A stretch of 64,000 nt of DNA from Octopus bimaculoides (Eukaryota): positions 71,555,289 through 71,619,288 of the forward strand of contig NC_068990.1 of NCBI RefSeq assembly GCF_001194135.2, read 5' to 3'. The notes below the pieces were generated by a model. It made no database searches, was not told the DNA's origin, and saw only the letters and a program-made list of their open reading frames with translations. Each line of letters opens with the position of its first letter. The first letter of the stretch is position 1. Below, in pieces: positions 63,880 to 64,000 of this stretch. A program made the position numbers and the translations under genes.

Positions 63880-64000
63880 AATTTGCCATGCTTGGTCAAA
63901 GTGTTTTGGTTGTTACCACTAAGCAAGATCTTGCTCTTTTCTAGGCTGATCTCCATCCTGTATGCTCCTGATACTCTTTTGAGTCTGGTGGTGAGGTCAT
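63880..64000 (-). mobile_element. LINE RT relic, runs off the window edge
   Basis: Minus-strand 'YRMEISLEKSKIL', a GM.IS..KSK motif downstream of the RT YADD box. Confidence 0.5.

Overview
AT-rich, microsatellite- and SINE-dense animal genomic DNA with many N gaps. The SINE families and simple-repeat style look like an Octopus (cephalopod) assembly; this is inferred from the repeats, not confirmed. Three spliced housekeeping genes can be assembled by hand. POLR3K (RNA Pol III subunit RPC10/C11, minus strand) has 3 exons and 108 aa, complete. SNRNP25 (U11/U12 snRNP 25 kDa, plus strand) has 5 coding exons and 164 aa, complete, and sits head-to-head with POLR3K as in human 16p13.3. TBCEL (tubulin cofactor E-like, minus strand) has 7 phase-consistent internal exons; its first and last coding exons were not located. 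Most unexpected result: five hammerhead-ribozyme motifs of four different sequence types (8701+, 10293+, 33791-, 33897+, 34411-). Two of them form a ~130-bp-arm inverted repeat with a compensatory base-pair change, and others lie in direct-repeat- or TSD-flanked, fold-back elements resembling Penelope-like retroelements/retrozymes. The window also holds R4/Dong-like LINE remnants inserted in (TAA)n, a Hero-like LINE remnant in (CA)n, RTE relics, several tRNA-derived SINE families, a tRNA-Asp pseudogene fragment and at least one assembly-induced false duplication. SINE/LINE boundaries are approximate; exon and ribozyme coordinates were counted base by base. Only representative SINE copies are listed.
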